Positions 1 to 11,700 of a stretch of 64,000 bases of DNA are shown in pieces. The stretch comes from Naegleria gruberi. Taxonomy: Eukaryota. The stretch is taken from the NCBI GenBank assembly GCA_000004985.1, contig GG738880.1, one strand, 5' to 3'. Every line of letters starts with the position of its first letter. The stretch's first letter is position 1. The position numbers and the translations under genes were made by a program. The notes beneath the pieces were generated by a model, which saw nothing but the letters and a program-made list of their open reading frames with translations, was not told the origin of the DNA and did no database searches.

Positions 1-3000
1 AACACCATTAACATCAAGTCAAAGTTTTATTAGTAGTAATAGTAATACATTGGCATCTCCAATTGGTGGAAGTTATTCTGCTAGAGATTTAAACTCTGTT
101 ACATCAGCAACATCATCTGCTCGTAGTTCATTAGATAGACATCGTGGATCATTTGATAAGCGTCGTTCTAGAGATTTGACAATTACTACAAGTTTAACTC
201 CAAAGAAAATCAACTCACCAACTTCAAATTTTGATTCAAGTGTTTCTGAAAATTTTGGCACTCCAAACAATCACCAAACTTCAGATGCAACTCCAAATTC
301 TGCACCTCATATTTCATCTTCAGTTCCTACACAATCTCCTCTCACAAATTTCAGAACTACAACTGATATTTCTGATGATATTGTTACAAATGGAATTAAT
401 TCAAGAAAATCAAATCATAAGCGTGTATTAACAAATTTGGGTAGTCAAAAGAATCAATCAACTCCTGTGATGCTCGATGATGAAAGTACAGAAGATGATT
501 CTGACTCAGCAGCAATTTATTCTGCTGTTACCCCTGTAAAATTACAAGCAACTGTTGAAGAAAGGGAAGAAGAAGCCATTTCAAATTTAATTGTCAAGTA
601 TAGACTGGATCAATACAGTGATATTTACAAGGAAATGTTGGATAGAAATGATCCTCTAGTTCATAAAATAACTAGAAAGATTGAAATGAGAGATGATTGG
701 GATAATTCTTTCAAAAAGAGAAAGGAAACTATGCTTGTTCCGCTCACACGTGAAAAATCCTACTTGGAAGAAGTTCAATTGGAGAGAAGAGCCAATCCAT
801 TCAAGCCAAGTATTTATTATGATGAAGAGGTTGATGATGGATATACTGAAGGAACCTTGTTGCTTTCTCAATTCCATGAAGACAGTTCAAAATTGTTACC
901 TTACAATGTTTTGAGTACAATTCAAACCATGTCTTCTGATTTTATCATTGTTTCTTTCAAATCATTGGATACTAAAGTTAGAGATGTAGTTTTTAACGTT
1001 GATGATTTGAAACAAGTTAGTTATGAAATTGATATTCTTGATAGAAAGAAAATTGATGATAAAAGGAAGAAAGCACAAAAGAGTAATGAATCACCAACAG
1101 CTGCTGATGAATTGGACGTTTCTCTAGTTCTTCCAGGTAAGCAAAAATTACTTGCCATAGAAGGATTACAAGAACCAGAGTTCTTGTTGGCTACCTTTGA
1201 AGATGTTTTCCCATGTGAAGATCAACAAAAAGTAACTAATGACGATACCAAGTTATTATACTCTGATTTTGAATGGGAACCTTCACACATTGATCCAACA
1301 AGTCAATATCTTTTCGAATTGAAAGGTTTTGAATTGGATGTAAATAAGAAACTTGATATTCCTCTTGAGGAAGCATACTTTGTAACTGTTTCACTCTATA
1401 CTTATACTGATAAGGCATTTAAAAAGATATCAGAAGATGTAGAATTCAAGATTGAAACACATCCAAAAGAAGAAGATACTATCACCAAATTGAAAGCTAT
1501 GTTTTCTGTACAAAAGAATTTTGAATCCAAAGTTGTTGCCTTGTTTAAATTTTTTAGAAGATTCAAAGGTGAATTGACTGAAACTTTGAACGATTTGTAT
1601 ACTCAAAAAGCAGAAAAGGTAAAACAAGGTGATGTTAAAAAGTACTTTACAAAAAATGAAAAATTATGCACATTCCCTGGAGTTGCCAGTTCAATTTCAA
1701 TCTTTGGTTGGTCTGCAATTCATTTACAAGATTGTTTGAAGAGGTCAGAGGTTGTTTTAAGTGATAGTTTGTACATTCTCCCAAGAAAATGTAGAACAGG
1801 AGATGCTATTTTATTGGATAGTTATCTAGATGTTTATACTAATGCAGTTGAACGTGAATCAAAACCATTGATGAAAAAGACTATCTATGGTAAATTGTCA
1901 TTCATATTCAAAGAATTACCAAATATTCCTCCTATTCCTCGCCATTACCACCCAAATTCTCACGAGTTGGTTATTAAACTCGATTCCAAACATTTGAGAG
2001 TACAACAAATTCCAAACTTGGAAAATAGTTTATTGACTAAGATTTTACCATTATCTAGTGAACTTATTATTTATCCAAAGGAATTGAATTTAACAAAGAA
2101 AGATTTTAAGAATATCACAGTTAAAGTTTCATTCCTAAATGAGCAAAAGAAACCAATGAATGTATTTTATCCAAAGTTTTCCAGAAATCCTGAAAGAAAT
2201 TCTAGAGTTCCTTATAGATTTACATCTGTTTCTGTTGGTAATAGACAACCAGAATTTTGTGATGAGCTGAAGTGTATTTTACCATGCAGAATAACGAATT
2301 ATAGTTTACAATTTGAATTCTTAAACGTTCTCCATAAGGAAAATTTAATTTTGAAAAATCATCGTGAAGATGTCCAAAGAATTGGTTATGCCATTGTTCA
2401 TTTGGCTGAAGCTGCATTGAATGGAACCGAAATGAAGTTAGAAATTTACACAGAGAAAAAGGAAGCCAATGTTGTTAAAACTGAAAAAGTTGATGGTTAC
2501 TTTACATTCCAACTCTATTCAAGATCAATTGCATTCCCTACTGATAATAATTTAATGTCATTCTTTGATACTTTGGATTTATTCCAAAAGAGAAATTATT
2601 TCAAAAAGATGAGTAGAAAACGTGATTCTGATGATGACTTTTTCCTAATTTCTCCTGACCTTTCTCTTGTTTTACCAAATCTCAAATTGCTTGGAGTACA
2701 ACACATGGCCTTTGCTCCAGTTATTTTGAATCAACTTTTCCTATTGTATTTTGATATTGGTACAGATGATGAAGACACTCAACATGAAATATTTGTTGCA
2801 ATTATTGATATGATTGACAAGTATAGAACAGAACATCGTACAATAGTTCCTGGTTGGATTAAATTCCAATTTACAAGTGTTTTCCCTGATTATATGATGG
2901 AGAGATTGCCAACTATTGCCAAGTCTGTCAAGTACATTTTGGAAAGAGATGATTATGACAGTAAGATTATTAAGAATGCCAATTACTTATTCTCTATTTT

Positions 3001-6000
3001 ACTTAAAGCTATGGTTGTTCATATGGACTTTAGAAAGAACAAGATGCAAAACGCTGATCATGATTTTAGTGAAACTTTCTATGAAACTATTAACACAATT
3101 ACAACCAAGTCTTTTAGAAATTTATTGAAGAGAAATATTTCCAAGACTAGACCAGTTACTATTATCAATACTACAGTCATTTTTGCTCAGTTCTTAAAGG
3201 TTTTGCTTACAATTTTGGACAAACCTTATGTAATGAAACTAATTGCATCATTTGTAGAGTTAATTCCATTGATTACTCCAACCGAATCTGAAATGGGAAA
3301 GAATAAGAACACCATATTGGAATGTATTGCTAATTTGCAAGTAATCACTTACAAGGAAGTATTTTCCTACGATAATTATCTTCAATTATTTGTTCCAGAA
3401 TCTATTGAAAAAATTTTACAAAATGATAGTCTTCCACCATTGGATGATACCCACTTCTTATTCTCATCCTTTGTTGATACAGTAATCAAGAATTTGGTAA
3501 ATCCACTCAAGGAAACTAGAAATCATACTGCTCTAGTTTTTAGAGAATTCCTCTACAAGCTCATGTCTACCTCTAGGAATTCTACATTGGAAGAAATACC
3601 AGAAGCATCCGACAGAATCAACTTAATGACCTTTGAGTTTGTTGATAAATTCTTGGGCATTCTTCAAGATTGGAGATCTGAAGTTGAAAAGAGTGTAAAT
3701 TCCAATAAGAAAAAGATGAATGAATGTAAAAAGAGAAAGATTATGATTCAACAACAATTGGCTGCCAAGAAGGAATCTCAAAGAGCTGCTAGTGAAAGCT
3801 CCCTTGCTGGTATTCAATTGGAAATGTTGAACAAGGAAATTATTGTTTTGGAAACTAACTTTAAGCAATTCGAAGGAATGATCAACAAAACTAAAGAAGA
3901 ATTGAAGAAAGATATGAAGGAGTCATTCAAAGAAAAGAGACAATTGATAACTTGTGTTTTCCATATTTTGAAGAATACTGAACAAAGATATATCAAGAAA
4001 TGGTTGAAACAAATTAATATTACAAAGAGATTACAATTCTTGCAAATGATGCAATTAATTCTTCAATCATTTGAATATCAAAGTGAAGCATATTACAAGG
4101 TTTTCTATGAACATTATTACAATACTCAAGTGAAAGTCAAGAATAAGGTTAATGCTGATTTGTCTAGTAACAACTCAACTTCAACTGCCACTGTCTCTGC
4201 TAATGCCTCCTCTGCTTCTTCTCTTCTTAGCAATCCACAAGCACTTCAAGCATCTACCAATATTTCTTCCATCTCTCAAAGTAATGAAGCATTATCAACA
4301 GATACTCTTGCAGATATTGGTACCTATGTTGCAGGTGATATTGAAGAAATTACTTCTCCAAAAACAGCAACATCAGAACTTGTTAAAGCTGGTGCTTCAT
4401 TGATGAAGAAGAAGAATAAGCAAGGATTTTTCTCAAAGCTCATTCCTAACTTTGTTAGTTCAGATCAAAATCTCAAGACTGATATCAAAGAACTTAGAAC
4501 ATTATCAAAGGCAAGATTATTAGATTCTGCTGATAAGACAAAGTCTGTCAAATTGGAAACTAACTCATCTATCTATGTTAAGAAGTGTGTTAATATTGAA
4601 CAAAATTGGTCAAGAGAAGTCTCTAACTATGTTTTTGAATTATTAGTGTTCTGTATTGAGGAAATTATGACAGAAAAGACTGATCATCACTTGGATTCTG
4701 CAAGTATTTTGGAAAATGTTGTCAAGATTTTCCTTACCTTCTTACGTATTAATCAACCAGAAGATGTATTGATCAATGTTTTGATCTATTTGAAATGCTT
4801 CTTTGCTAATCATTACAAACAAGTATTTGACGAGGAAGCAAATGCTCAATATCCAACATTATTCTGTGAATGTTTAATGATGCACTGTAATTCATCTATT
4901 CCAGAGGTCAGAAGCCATGCTACTGCCTGTCTCTATCTTCTTATCAGATACATGTATATTATTAATTATAATACCATTTTGAAACCACAAGTTTTAACAA
5001 CACTTGCCCTTTCAAAGACCTTACAAAAATATGTTTCTCCAGTTGTTAACATTACTTATTTAAAGTCAGCAATTGATGCTATTGGAAGATATGCTTATTT
5101 GGACCCTGATCCACCAATTTCAGTTCAACAAACATTGAATAATCAAACAACTCAATCAACAGCTGCAACTGAAACAAAGACCTTGTCAACTCTTGATTCA
5201 TTCTTTAGAAAAATGGAACAAAGAGTTAAATTATTATCTGCTATCAAGGAAAGAAAGGAAGAATCAACATTTGCAGAAGAAGTCAATACTCAAGTTTGTA
5301 AAAAGTTGCAATCTTTATTACACGACACAACAAGTGTTAAATCAACTCTTGCCCTTGAAGATATTCACAAAACTGAAGATTTATTCTTGAGAATTTCACA
5401 AGTCTATACCAGAATTCCAGAGTTAAGATTTGTTTGGTTGAATCAATTGGCTGCTAATCATTACAAGAATGGTCAATATTTGGAAGCAAGTCAATGTTAT
5501 ATGACAATTTTATCACTTGTTTTTGATCATTTGAAATCTATTAATTCTCCAATTCTTGCTGGTATTTCAGTTCAATCATTCTTTGCCATTTCGCCACTCA
5601 AGAGAAAGACAAGCGCTGATAAGTTAACAAGTGCAAATCCTAACAATAGAAATGCAATGAATGATTGCTTTATTTCAAATCAAGCAGTTGAATTTACTGA
5701 ATATGGTATTATTCAATTATTATCCAAAGCTGTGGAATGCTTAGAATTAGCAGAATACTTTGAAAGTTGTATTGTTTTAGAAAGACTTTCACTTCCATTC
5801 TTAGAAAGATCTAATGATTGGATAAGACTTTCAAATGCCTATCATCATTTACAAGATTTATGTGATCGTTTGAAGAAACCAGATCGTTTAGAACCATACT
5901 ATTACAAGATTGAATTGGTGAACTTCCCACCAGAAAGATCTCAACCTAATCATATTTACAAAATGCCAAAACTTTTCAAATTATTCAAGATGAACAAGTG

Positions 6001-6934
6001 GGTTCAAGAAAAGTTTGGTTCTCCATTCGTAAATGAACAAATGGAAGTTGTAAGTGGTGCAAAGAAGGTTGATATCGATCCAAACAAACGTTACATCTTC
6101 TTGACTCCTGTTAAACCATTAACAAAGAGTGTCAAACCAATAATTATTGGAAATCAAAAGATTTCTAAATATGAAGGAAATATCAGAAAGTTCTATTATG
6201 AATCAGCTTATGGGAAAAAGACTGAAGTTGTAACTGAAGCTTACAAGAAGAAAGTTATTATTACATGTATGGATTATTTCCCTAACATGAAAACACGTCT
6301 CCAGATTGAATCTGAGGAGGAAGTCATCTTGACACCAATTGAAGCTGCCATTGAAAATATTGAATCTCAAATTTCCAAACTTAGAGAAGCTCTTCAAATC
6401 CCAGGAGACGATGAAATTGATATTTCACAAATCAAGACAGGTAATAATATTGACTTGGCAAATCTTCAACTTGTTTTACAAGGTTCTATCAAGGCAACAG
6501 TTCAAGGCGGTCCAGCAAGTATTGTTGAAGGTTTCCTCAAGATGGATCAACGTCCACTCTATGCAGTTGAGCACATTATTAACTTGAACAGAAAGTGTCA
6601 TGTATTTTTAAAGTTATGTGAAGAGGCTGTTAAGGTAGAAAATCAACTCATGGATAAGGCAACTGAAAGAGCTTTCCATCAAGAAATGGAAAAGGGTTTA
6701 ATCGAAACTCAGCAATTATTCGCAGAACATTTAACACCACTCGATGAAATGTTTTATTCACAATCTCAAAATTACAACAATTATTCGCCTGAAGATTCAG
6801 AAATGAATAGAGGAAGCGTTATTGGAGACATTCCAATGATTCGTAATTTTAGATTCTCAATGCCACAGCATGAACTAACACAATTAGGTATGAACTATGA
6901 AGAAGAATCAGATGATAGAGATTTCATTCAATAA
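1..6934 (+). CDS. DOCK-family Rho/Rac guanine-nucleotide exchange factor (DHR-1 C2-like and DHR-2 GEF domains); 5' partial, codon frame starts at nt 2
   Basis: Single 6.9-kb ORF open to the window start (the track's start at nt 50 is a TTG). DHR-2 lobe motifs are present: 'IPELRFVWLNQLAANHYKNGQYLEASQCYMTILSLVFDHL' matches the DOCK consensus 'ELRltWLenMAekH..g.wsEAAqCyvHvaALvaEyL', and 'ILTPIEAAIENIE' matches the DOCK 'SPIEnAIe' nucleotide-sensor helix. A DHR-1-like C2 pattern lies around 'NITVKVSFLNEQKKPMNVFYPKF…RQPEFCDELKCILP'. TAA stop at 6932..6934. Confidence 0.85.
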   Translation, partial: TPLTSSQSFISSNSNTLASPIGGSYSARDLNSVTSATSSARSSLDRHRGSFDKRRSRDLTITTSLTPKKINSPTSNFDSSVSENFGTPNNHQTSDATPNSAPHISSSVPTQSPLTNFRTTTDISDDIVTNGINSRKSNHKRVLTNLGSQKNQSTPVMLDDESTEDDSDSAAIYSAVTPVKLQATVEEREEEAISNLIVKYRLDQYSDIYKEMLDRNDPLVHKITRKIEMRDDWDNSFKKRKETMLVPLTREKSYLEEVQLERRANPFKPSIYYDEEVDDGYTEGTLLLSQFHEDSSKLLPYNVLSTIQTMSSDFIIVSFKSLDTKVRDVVFNVDDLKQVSYEIDILDRKKIDDKRKKAQKSNESPTAADELDVSLVLPGKQKLLAIEGLQEPEFLLATFEDVFPCEDQQKVTNDDTKLLYSDFEWEPSHIDPTSQYLFELKGFELDVNKKLDIPLEEAYFVTVSLYTYTDKAFKKISEDVEFKIETHPKEEDTITKLKAMFSVQKNFESKVVALFKFFRRFKGELTETLNDLYTQKAEKVKQGDVKKYFTKNEKLCTFPGVASSISIFGWSAIHLQDCLKRSEVVLSDSLYILPRKCRTGDAILLDSYLDVYTNAVERESKPLMKKTIYGKLSFIFKELPNIPPIPRHYHPNSHELVIKLDSKHLRVQQIPNLENSLLTKILPLSSELIIYPKELNLTKKDFKNITVKVSFLNEQKKPMNVFYPKFSRNPERNSRVPYRFTSVSVGNRQPEFCDELKCILPCRITNYSLQFEFLNVLHKENLILKNHREDVQRIGYAIVHLAEAALNGTEMKLEIYTEKKEANVVKTEKVDGYFTFQLYSRSIAFPTDNNLMSFFDTLDLFQKRNYFKKMSRKRDSDDDFFLISPDLSLVLPNLKLLGVQHMAFAPVILNQLFLLYFDIGTDDEDTQHEIFVAIIDMIDKYRTEHRTIVPGWIKFQFTSVFPDYMMERLPTIAKSVKYILERDDYDSKIIKNANYLFSILLKAMVVHMDFRKNKMQNADHDFSETFYETINTITTKSFRNLLKRNISKTRPVTIINTTVIFAQFLKVLLTILDKPYVMKLIASFVELIPLITPTESEMGKNKNTILECIANLQVITYKEVFSYDNYLQLFVPESIEKILQNDSLPPLDDTHFLFSSFVDTVIKNLVNPLKETRNHTALVFREFLYKLMSTSRNSTLEEIPEASDRINLMTFEFVDKFLGILQDWRSEVEKSVNSNKKKMNECKKRKIMIQQQLAAKKESQRAASESSLAGIQLEMLNKEIIVLETNFKQFEGMINKTKEELKKDMKESFKEKRQLITCVFHILKNTEQRYIKKWLKQINITKRLQFLQMMQLILQSFEYQSEAYYKVFYEHYYNTQVKVKNKVNADLSSNNSTSTATVSANASSASSLLSNPQALQASTNISSISQSNEALSTDTLADIGTYVAGDIEEITSPKTATSELVKAGASLMKKKNKQGFFSKLIPNFVSSDQNLKTDIKELRTLSKARLLDSADKTKSVKLETNSSIYVKKCVNIEQNWSREVSNYVFELLVFCIEEIMTEKTDHHLDSASILENVVKIFLTFLRINQPEDVLINVLIYLKCFFANHYKQVFDEEANAQYPTLFCECLMMHCNSSIPEVRSHATACLYLLIRYMYIINYNTILKPQVLTTLALSKTLQKYVSPVVNITYLKSAIDAIGRYAYLDPDPPISVQQTLNNQTTQSTAATETKTLSTLDSFFRKMEQRVKLLSAIKERKEESTFAEEVNTQVCKKLQSLLHDTTSVKSTLALEDIHKTEDLFLRISQVYTRIPELRFVWLNQLAANHYKNGQYLEASQCYMTILSLVFDHLKSINSPILAGISVQSFFAISPLKRKTSADKLTSANPNNRNAMNDCFISNQAVEFTEYGIIQLLSKAVECLELAEYFESCIVLERLSLPFLERSNDWIRLSNAYHHLQDLCDRLKKPDRLEPYYYKIELVNFPPERSQPNHIYKMPKLFKLFKMNKWVQEKFGSPFVNEQMEVVSGAKKVDIDPNKRYIFLTPVKPLTKSVKPIIIGNQKISKYEGNIRKFYYESAYGKKTEVVTEAYKKKVIITCMDYFPNMKTRLQIESEEEVILTPIEAAIENIESQISKLREALQIPGDDEIDISQIKTGNNIDLANLQLVLQGSIKATVQGGPASIVEGFLKMDQRPLYAVEHIINLNRKCHVFLKLCEEAVKVENQLMDKATERAFHQEMEKGLIETQQLFAEHLTPLDEMFYSQSQNYNNYSPEDSEMNRGSVIGDIPMIRNFRFSMPQHELTQLGMNYEEESDDRDFIQ

Positions 6935-7135
6935 GTTAAATAAATTCATCATGATCGTTCCAGTAAACAATGTCAAACATCTATTGAGAAATGATATACA
7001 GAGTTGGTATTAGCTGAAAGTGGTTTTAACTGCAGAAATTAAGAAGATCCTCAACTTCAAAACAATTCACAGTCTATGCAATTTGGCATATCCTAATATT
7101 CAAAGATTTTGCAAAATTGGTAAATAATTTATTAA

Positions 7136-7450
7136 TTAAAAGAGACCTTTAACTTCTTCTGTTTCTGGGTCAATATCGATCAAAAGGTAGGCAGGACGAG
7201 TTGGAAGACCTGGAAGTGCAGAAATATCACCACAGAAAGGAACCAACAAACCAGCACCACTGTATAATCTGATACTCTTAATTGGGAGAATGAAACCACT
7301 TGGAGCACCCTTCAATTTTTCGTCATGAGAGAAACTGTATTGAGTTTTAGCAAAACAAATAGAATACTTTTCTGGCAACTTGTCCAATTTTTGAATTTCC
7401 TTTTCAGCAGCTTCAGCATATTCAACACCAGCAGCTCCATAAATTTCCTT
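7136..7450 (-). CDS. formate--tetrahydrofolate ligase (FTHFS), C-terminal fragment (~104 aa) ending at the stop codon; truncated on its 5' side by the N gap at 7451
   Basis: The translation '…KEIYGAAGVEYAEAAEKEIQKLDKLPEKYSICFAKTQYSFSHDEKLKGAPSGFILPIKSIRLYSGAGLLVPFCGDISALPGLPTRPAYLLIDIDPETEEVKGLF*' carries the conserved FTHFS C-terminal motifs (AKTQYSFS, GAP.GF.LPI, MPGLP). The first 19 aa of track ORF 7136..7558 lie beyond the 50-N gap and are not part of this gene. Confidence 0.8.
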   Translation of the reverse strand, partial: KEIYGAAGVEYAEAAEKEIQKLDKLPEKYSICFAKTQYSFSHDEKLKGAPSGFILPIKSIRLYSGAGLLVPFCGDISALPGLPTRPAYLLIDIDPETEEVKGLF

Positions 7451-7500
7451 NNNNNNNNNNNNNNNNNNNNNNNNNNNNNNNNNNNNNNNNNNNNNNNNNN
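7451..7500. other. assembly gap (50 N)
   Basis: Run of exactly 50 n characters. It interrupts the FTHFS reading frame. Confidence 0.97.
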
Positions 7501-7717
7501 TCTCAATATAACGATGATATTGATGATGAAAATTATGAAAAGAAATTAGAAAATGCATTTAATAGTGAAAAATCATTACTTTTATCTAATAGTAATAATA
7601 ATATTTCCTATTATGATAATAATGGTAAATTCTATTAATAATAATTATAATGAAATTCCAATTTTAGTTGAAAAGAAAAGATTTTCAAATTTTACAAAAA
7701 TATTTCAATCAGAATCA

Positions 7718-8722
7718 ATGAAGAGAGTTAGAAGATGGATAGCATTTATTGTTGGTTGTTTTATAATGACTGCAAGTGGTACTCCTTATTCATTTTCATC
7801 TATTAGTCCTTCTCTAAAAAAGTAAGTTTTTAATTTTATTTAAATATAATTTATTTTAATTATTATTATTTTTTTTAATTTAATTTTATAATATTATGAA
7901 AATAGAACATTTTTATTATCACAAAGTGAAGGTATGTTACAATTATATTGTTTTATTAAAATAATAATATTTCTATAAATAGTAAATTTAATAGGAACAT
8001 CAGCCAATTTAGGATCTAATTTTAGTTTTATATTTTCATTTGTAAATGATATATTTGGATCTAGAATTAGTAGTTTATTAGCAGGAGCATGTTTATTTTT
8101 TTCATATTTTTCCATGTCCTTAATTGTAACTGGTAATTTACCATTTATAGATCCATATATAGCATTTTGTTTTTTAATGTTTTTAATGGGAAGTGCATGT
8201 GGAGGTGGTTTTATATCTTCAATTTCTACTTCAATGAAGAATTTTCCAGAAAGAAATAGAGGTCTAGTTAGTATGTATTTAATTTTATTTAATGTTTATT
8301 TAATATTTTTATTTTTTTATTTATTTAATTTTATATTTAAATATATAAGTTGGAGTATTATCATCTTGTTATGGTATTAGTAGTGCAATATATTCAGGTG
8401 CATATTTATATATATTTCAACAAGATTTAGAAATTTATTTAATATTTTGTGCTGTATTAGGAGGTGTTGTAGTAATGATAATGGGTCCTATATTTTTAGA
8501 TAGTAAGGCTAATTCACTTACTATAAATAGTAATAATAATAAGAATAATCAAATTGATAATAATAATCAAATTGAAAATGAAAATGAATCATCCAATGTA
8601 GATAACGTAGATAATTTACAAGATGATAATGTAAATAATAATTTAAAAGAAAATAATTTAAAAGAAAATGAAACTTTAAAAGAAAGAATTACCAAAATAG
8701 AATTAAAATTAAAAGAAAATGA
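7718..8722 (+). CDS. nodulin-like major facilitator superfamily (MFS) transporter, 4 exons, 3' partial (runs into the gap): join(7718..7821,7906..7931,7983..8270,8350..>8722)
   Basis: Splicing removes all stops. Introns are 7822..7905 (gtaagt…aaatag), 7932..7982 (gtatgt…aaatag; an alternative acceptor at 7994 is also in frame) and 8271..8349 (gtatgt…tataag). The spliced product 'MKRVRRWIAFIVGCFIMTASGTPYSFSSISPSLKKTFLLSQSEVNLIGTSANLGSNFSFIFSFVNDIFGSR…MFLMGSACGGGFISSISTSMKNFPERNRGLVIGVLSSCYGISSAIYSGAYLYIF…' parallels the plant nodulin-like MFS N-terminus ('RWLVFVAAMWIQSCAGIGYLFGSISPVIKS…SRGPVVGILKGFAGLGGAILSQVY'). It then enters an N-rich low-complexity loop. The start could instead be the upstream ATG at 7553. 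Confidence 0.7.
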
Positions 8723-11700
8723 NNNNNNNNNNNNNNNNNNNNNNNNNNNNNNNNNNNNNNNNNNNNNNNNNNNNNNNNNNNNNNNNNNNNNNNNNNNNNN
8801 NNNNNNNNNNNNNNNNNNNNNNNNNNNNNNNNNNNNNNNNNNNNNNNNNNNNNNNNNNNNNNNNNNNNNNNNNNNNNNNNNNNNNNNNNNNNNNNNNNNN
8901 NNNNNNNNNNNNNNNNNNNNNNNNNNNNNNNNNNNNNNNNNNNNNNNNNNNNNNNNNNNNNNNNNNNNNNNNNNNNNNNNNNNNNNNNNNNNNNNNNNNN
9001 NNNNNNNNNNNNNNNNNNNNNNNNNNNNNNNNNNNNNNNNNNNNNNNNNNNNNNNNNNNNNNNNNNNNNNNNNNNNNNNNNNNNNNNNNNNNNNNNNNNN
9101 NNNNNNNNNNNNNNNNNNNNNNNNNNNNNNNNNNNNNNNNNNNNNNNNNNNNNNNNNNNNNNNNNNNNNNNNNNNNNNNNNNNNNNNNNNNNNNNNNNNN
9201 NNNNNNNNNNNNNNNNNNNNNNNNNNNNNNNNNNNNNNNNNNNNNNNNNNNNNNNNNNNNNNNNNNNNNNNNNNNNNNNNNNNNNNNNNNNNNNNNNNNN
9301 NNNNNNNNNNNNNNNNNNNNNNNNNNNNNNNNNNNNNNNNNNNNNNNNNNNNNNNNNNNNNNNNNNNNNNNNNNNNNNNNNNNNNNNNNNNNNNNNNNNN
9401 NNNNNNNNNNNNNNNNNNNNNNNNNNNNNNNNNNNNNNNNNNNNNNNNNNNNNNNNNNNNNNNNNNNNNNNNNNNNNNNNNNNNNNNNNNNNNNNNNNNN
9501 NNNNNNNNNNNNNNNNNNNNNNNNNNNNNNNNNNNNNNNNNNNNNNNNNNNNNNNNNNNNNNNNNNNNNNNNNNNNNNNNNNNNNNNNNNNNNNNNNNNN
9601 NNNNNNNNNNNNNNNNNNNNNNNNNNNNNNNNNNNNNNNNNNNNNNNNNNNNNNNNNNNNNNNNNNNNNNNNNNNNNNNNNNNNNNNNNNNNNNNNNNNN
9701 NNNNNNNNNNNNNNNNNNNNNNNNNNNNNNNNNNNNNNNNNNNNNNNNNNNNNNNNNNNNNNNNNNNNNNNNNNNNNNNNNNNNNNNNNNNNNNNNNNNN
9801 NNNNNNNNNNNNNNNNNNNNNNNNNNNNNNNNNNNNNNNNNNNNNNNNNNNNNNNNNNNNNNNNNNNNNNNNNNNNNNNNNNNNNNNNNNNNNNNNNNNN
9901 NNNNNNNNNNNNNNNNNNNNNNNNNNNNNNNNNNNNNNNNNNNNNNNNNNNNNNNNNNNNNNNNNNNNNNNNNNNNNNNNNNNNNNNNNNNNNNNNNNNN
10001 NNNNNNNNNNNNNNNNNNNNNNNNNNNNNNNNNNNNNNNNNNNNNNNNNNNNNNNNNNNNNNNNNNNNNNNNNNNNNNNNNNNNNNNNNNNNNNNNNNNN
10101 NNNNNNNNNNNNNNNNNNNNNNNNNNNNNNNNNNNNNNNNNNNNNNNNNNNNNNNNNNNNNNNNNNNNNNNNNNNNNNNNNNNNNNNNNNNNNNNNNNNN
10201 NNNNNNNNNNNNNNNNNNNNNNNNNNNNNNNNNNNNNNNNNNNNNNNNNNNNNNNNNNNNNNNNNNNNNNNNNNNNNNNNNNNNNNNNNNNNNNNNNNNN
10301 NNNNNNNNNNNNNNNNNNNNNNNNNNNNNNNNNNNNNNNNNNNNNNNNNNNNNNNNNNNNNNNNNNNNNNNNNNNNNNNNNNNNNNNNNNNNNNNNNNNN
10401 NNNNNNNNNNNNNNNNNNNNNNNNNNNNNNNNNNNNNNNNNNNNNNNNNNNNNNNNNNNNNNNNNNNNNNNNNNNNNNNNNNNNNNNNNNNNNNNNNNNN
10501 NNNNNNNNNNNNNNNNNNNNNNNNNNNNNNNNNNNNNNNNNNNNNNNNNNNNNNNNNNNNNNNNNNNNNNNNNNNNNNNNNNNNNNNNNNNNNNNNNNNN
10601 NNNNNNNNNNNNNNNNNNNNNNNNNNNNNNNNNNNNNNNNNNNNNNNNNNNNNNNNNNNNNNNNNNNNNNNNNNNNNNNNNNNNNNNNNNNNNNNNNNNN
10701 NNNNNNNNNNNNNNNNNNNNNNNNNNNNNNNNNNNNNNNNNNNNNNNNNNNNNNNNNNNNNNNNNNNNNNNNNNNNNNNNNNNNNNNNNNNNNNNNNNNN
10801 NNNNNNNNNNNNNNNNNNNNNNNNNNNNNNNNNNNNNNNNNNNNNNNNNNNNNNNNNNNNNNNNNNNNNNNNNNNNNNNNNNNNNNNNNNNNNNNNNNNN
10901 NNNNNNNNNNNNNNNNNNNNNNNNNNNNNNNNNNNNNNNNNNNNNNNNNNNNNNNNNNNNNNNNNNNNNNNNNNNNNNNNNNNNNNNNNNNNNNNNNNNN
11001 NNNNNNNNNNNNNNNNNNNNNNNNNNNNNNNNNNNNNNNNNNNNNNNNNNNNNNNNNNNNNNNNNNNNNNNNNNNNNNNNNNNNNNNNNNNNNNNNNNNN
11101 NNNNNNNNNNNNNNNNNNNNNNNNNNNNNNNNNNNNNNNNNNNNNNNNNNNNNNNNNNNNNNNNNNNNNNNNNNNNNNNNNNNNNNNNNNNNNNNNNNNN
11201 NNNNNNNNNNNNNNNNNNNNNNNNNNNNNNNNNNNNNNNNNNNNNNNNNNNNNNNNNNNNNNNNNNNNNNNNNNNNNNNNNNNNNNNNNNNNNNNNNNNN
11301 NNNNNNNNNNNNNNNNNNNNNNNNNNNNNNNNNNNNNNNNNNNNNNNNNNNNNNNNNNNNNNNNNNNNNNNNNNNNNNNNNNNNNNNNNNNNNNNNNNNN
11401 NNNNNNNNNNNNNNNNNNNNNNNNNNNNNNNNNNNNNNNNNNNNNNNNNNNNNNNNNNNNNNNNNNNNNNNNNNNNNNNNNNNNNNNNNNNNNNNNNNNN
11501 NNNNNNNNNNNNNNNNNNNNNNNNNNNNNNNNNNNNNNNNNNNNNNNNNNNNNNNNNNNNNNNNNNNNNNNNNNNNNNNNNNNNNNNNNNNNNNNNNNNN
11601 NNNNNNNNNNNNNNNNNNNNNNNNNNNNNNNNNNNNNNNNNNNNNNNNNNNNNNNNNNNNNNNNNNNNNNNNNNNNNNNNNNNNNNNNNNNNNNNNNNNN

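Noticed and set aside
73-6587. Many 60–83-aa ORFs on both strands inside the DOCK gene (e.g. 73..270-, 231..431+, 3623..3868-, 4152..4403+)
   Set aside because: They are nested within or antisense to a 2294-codon ORF with clear domain homology. Such short open frames are expected in AT-rich DNA, and several 'M' starts in the track are TTG/GTG codons.
7451-7558. N-terminal 'MHFLISFHNFHHQYHRYIE' portion of minus-strand ORF 7136..7558
   Set aside because: It lies across the 50-N gap on a different contig and is AT-rich noise. The frame relationship through an arbitrary-length gap is meaningless.
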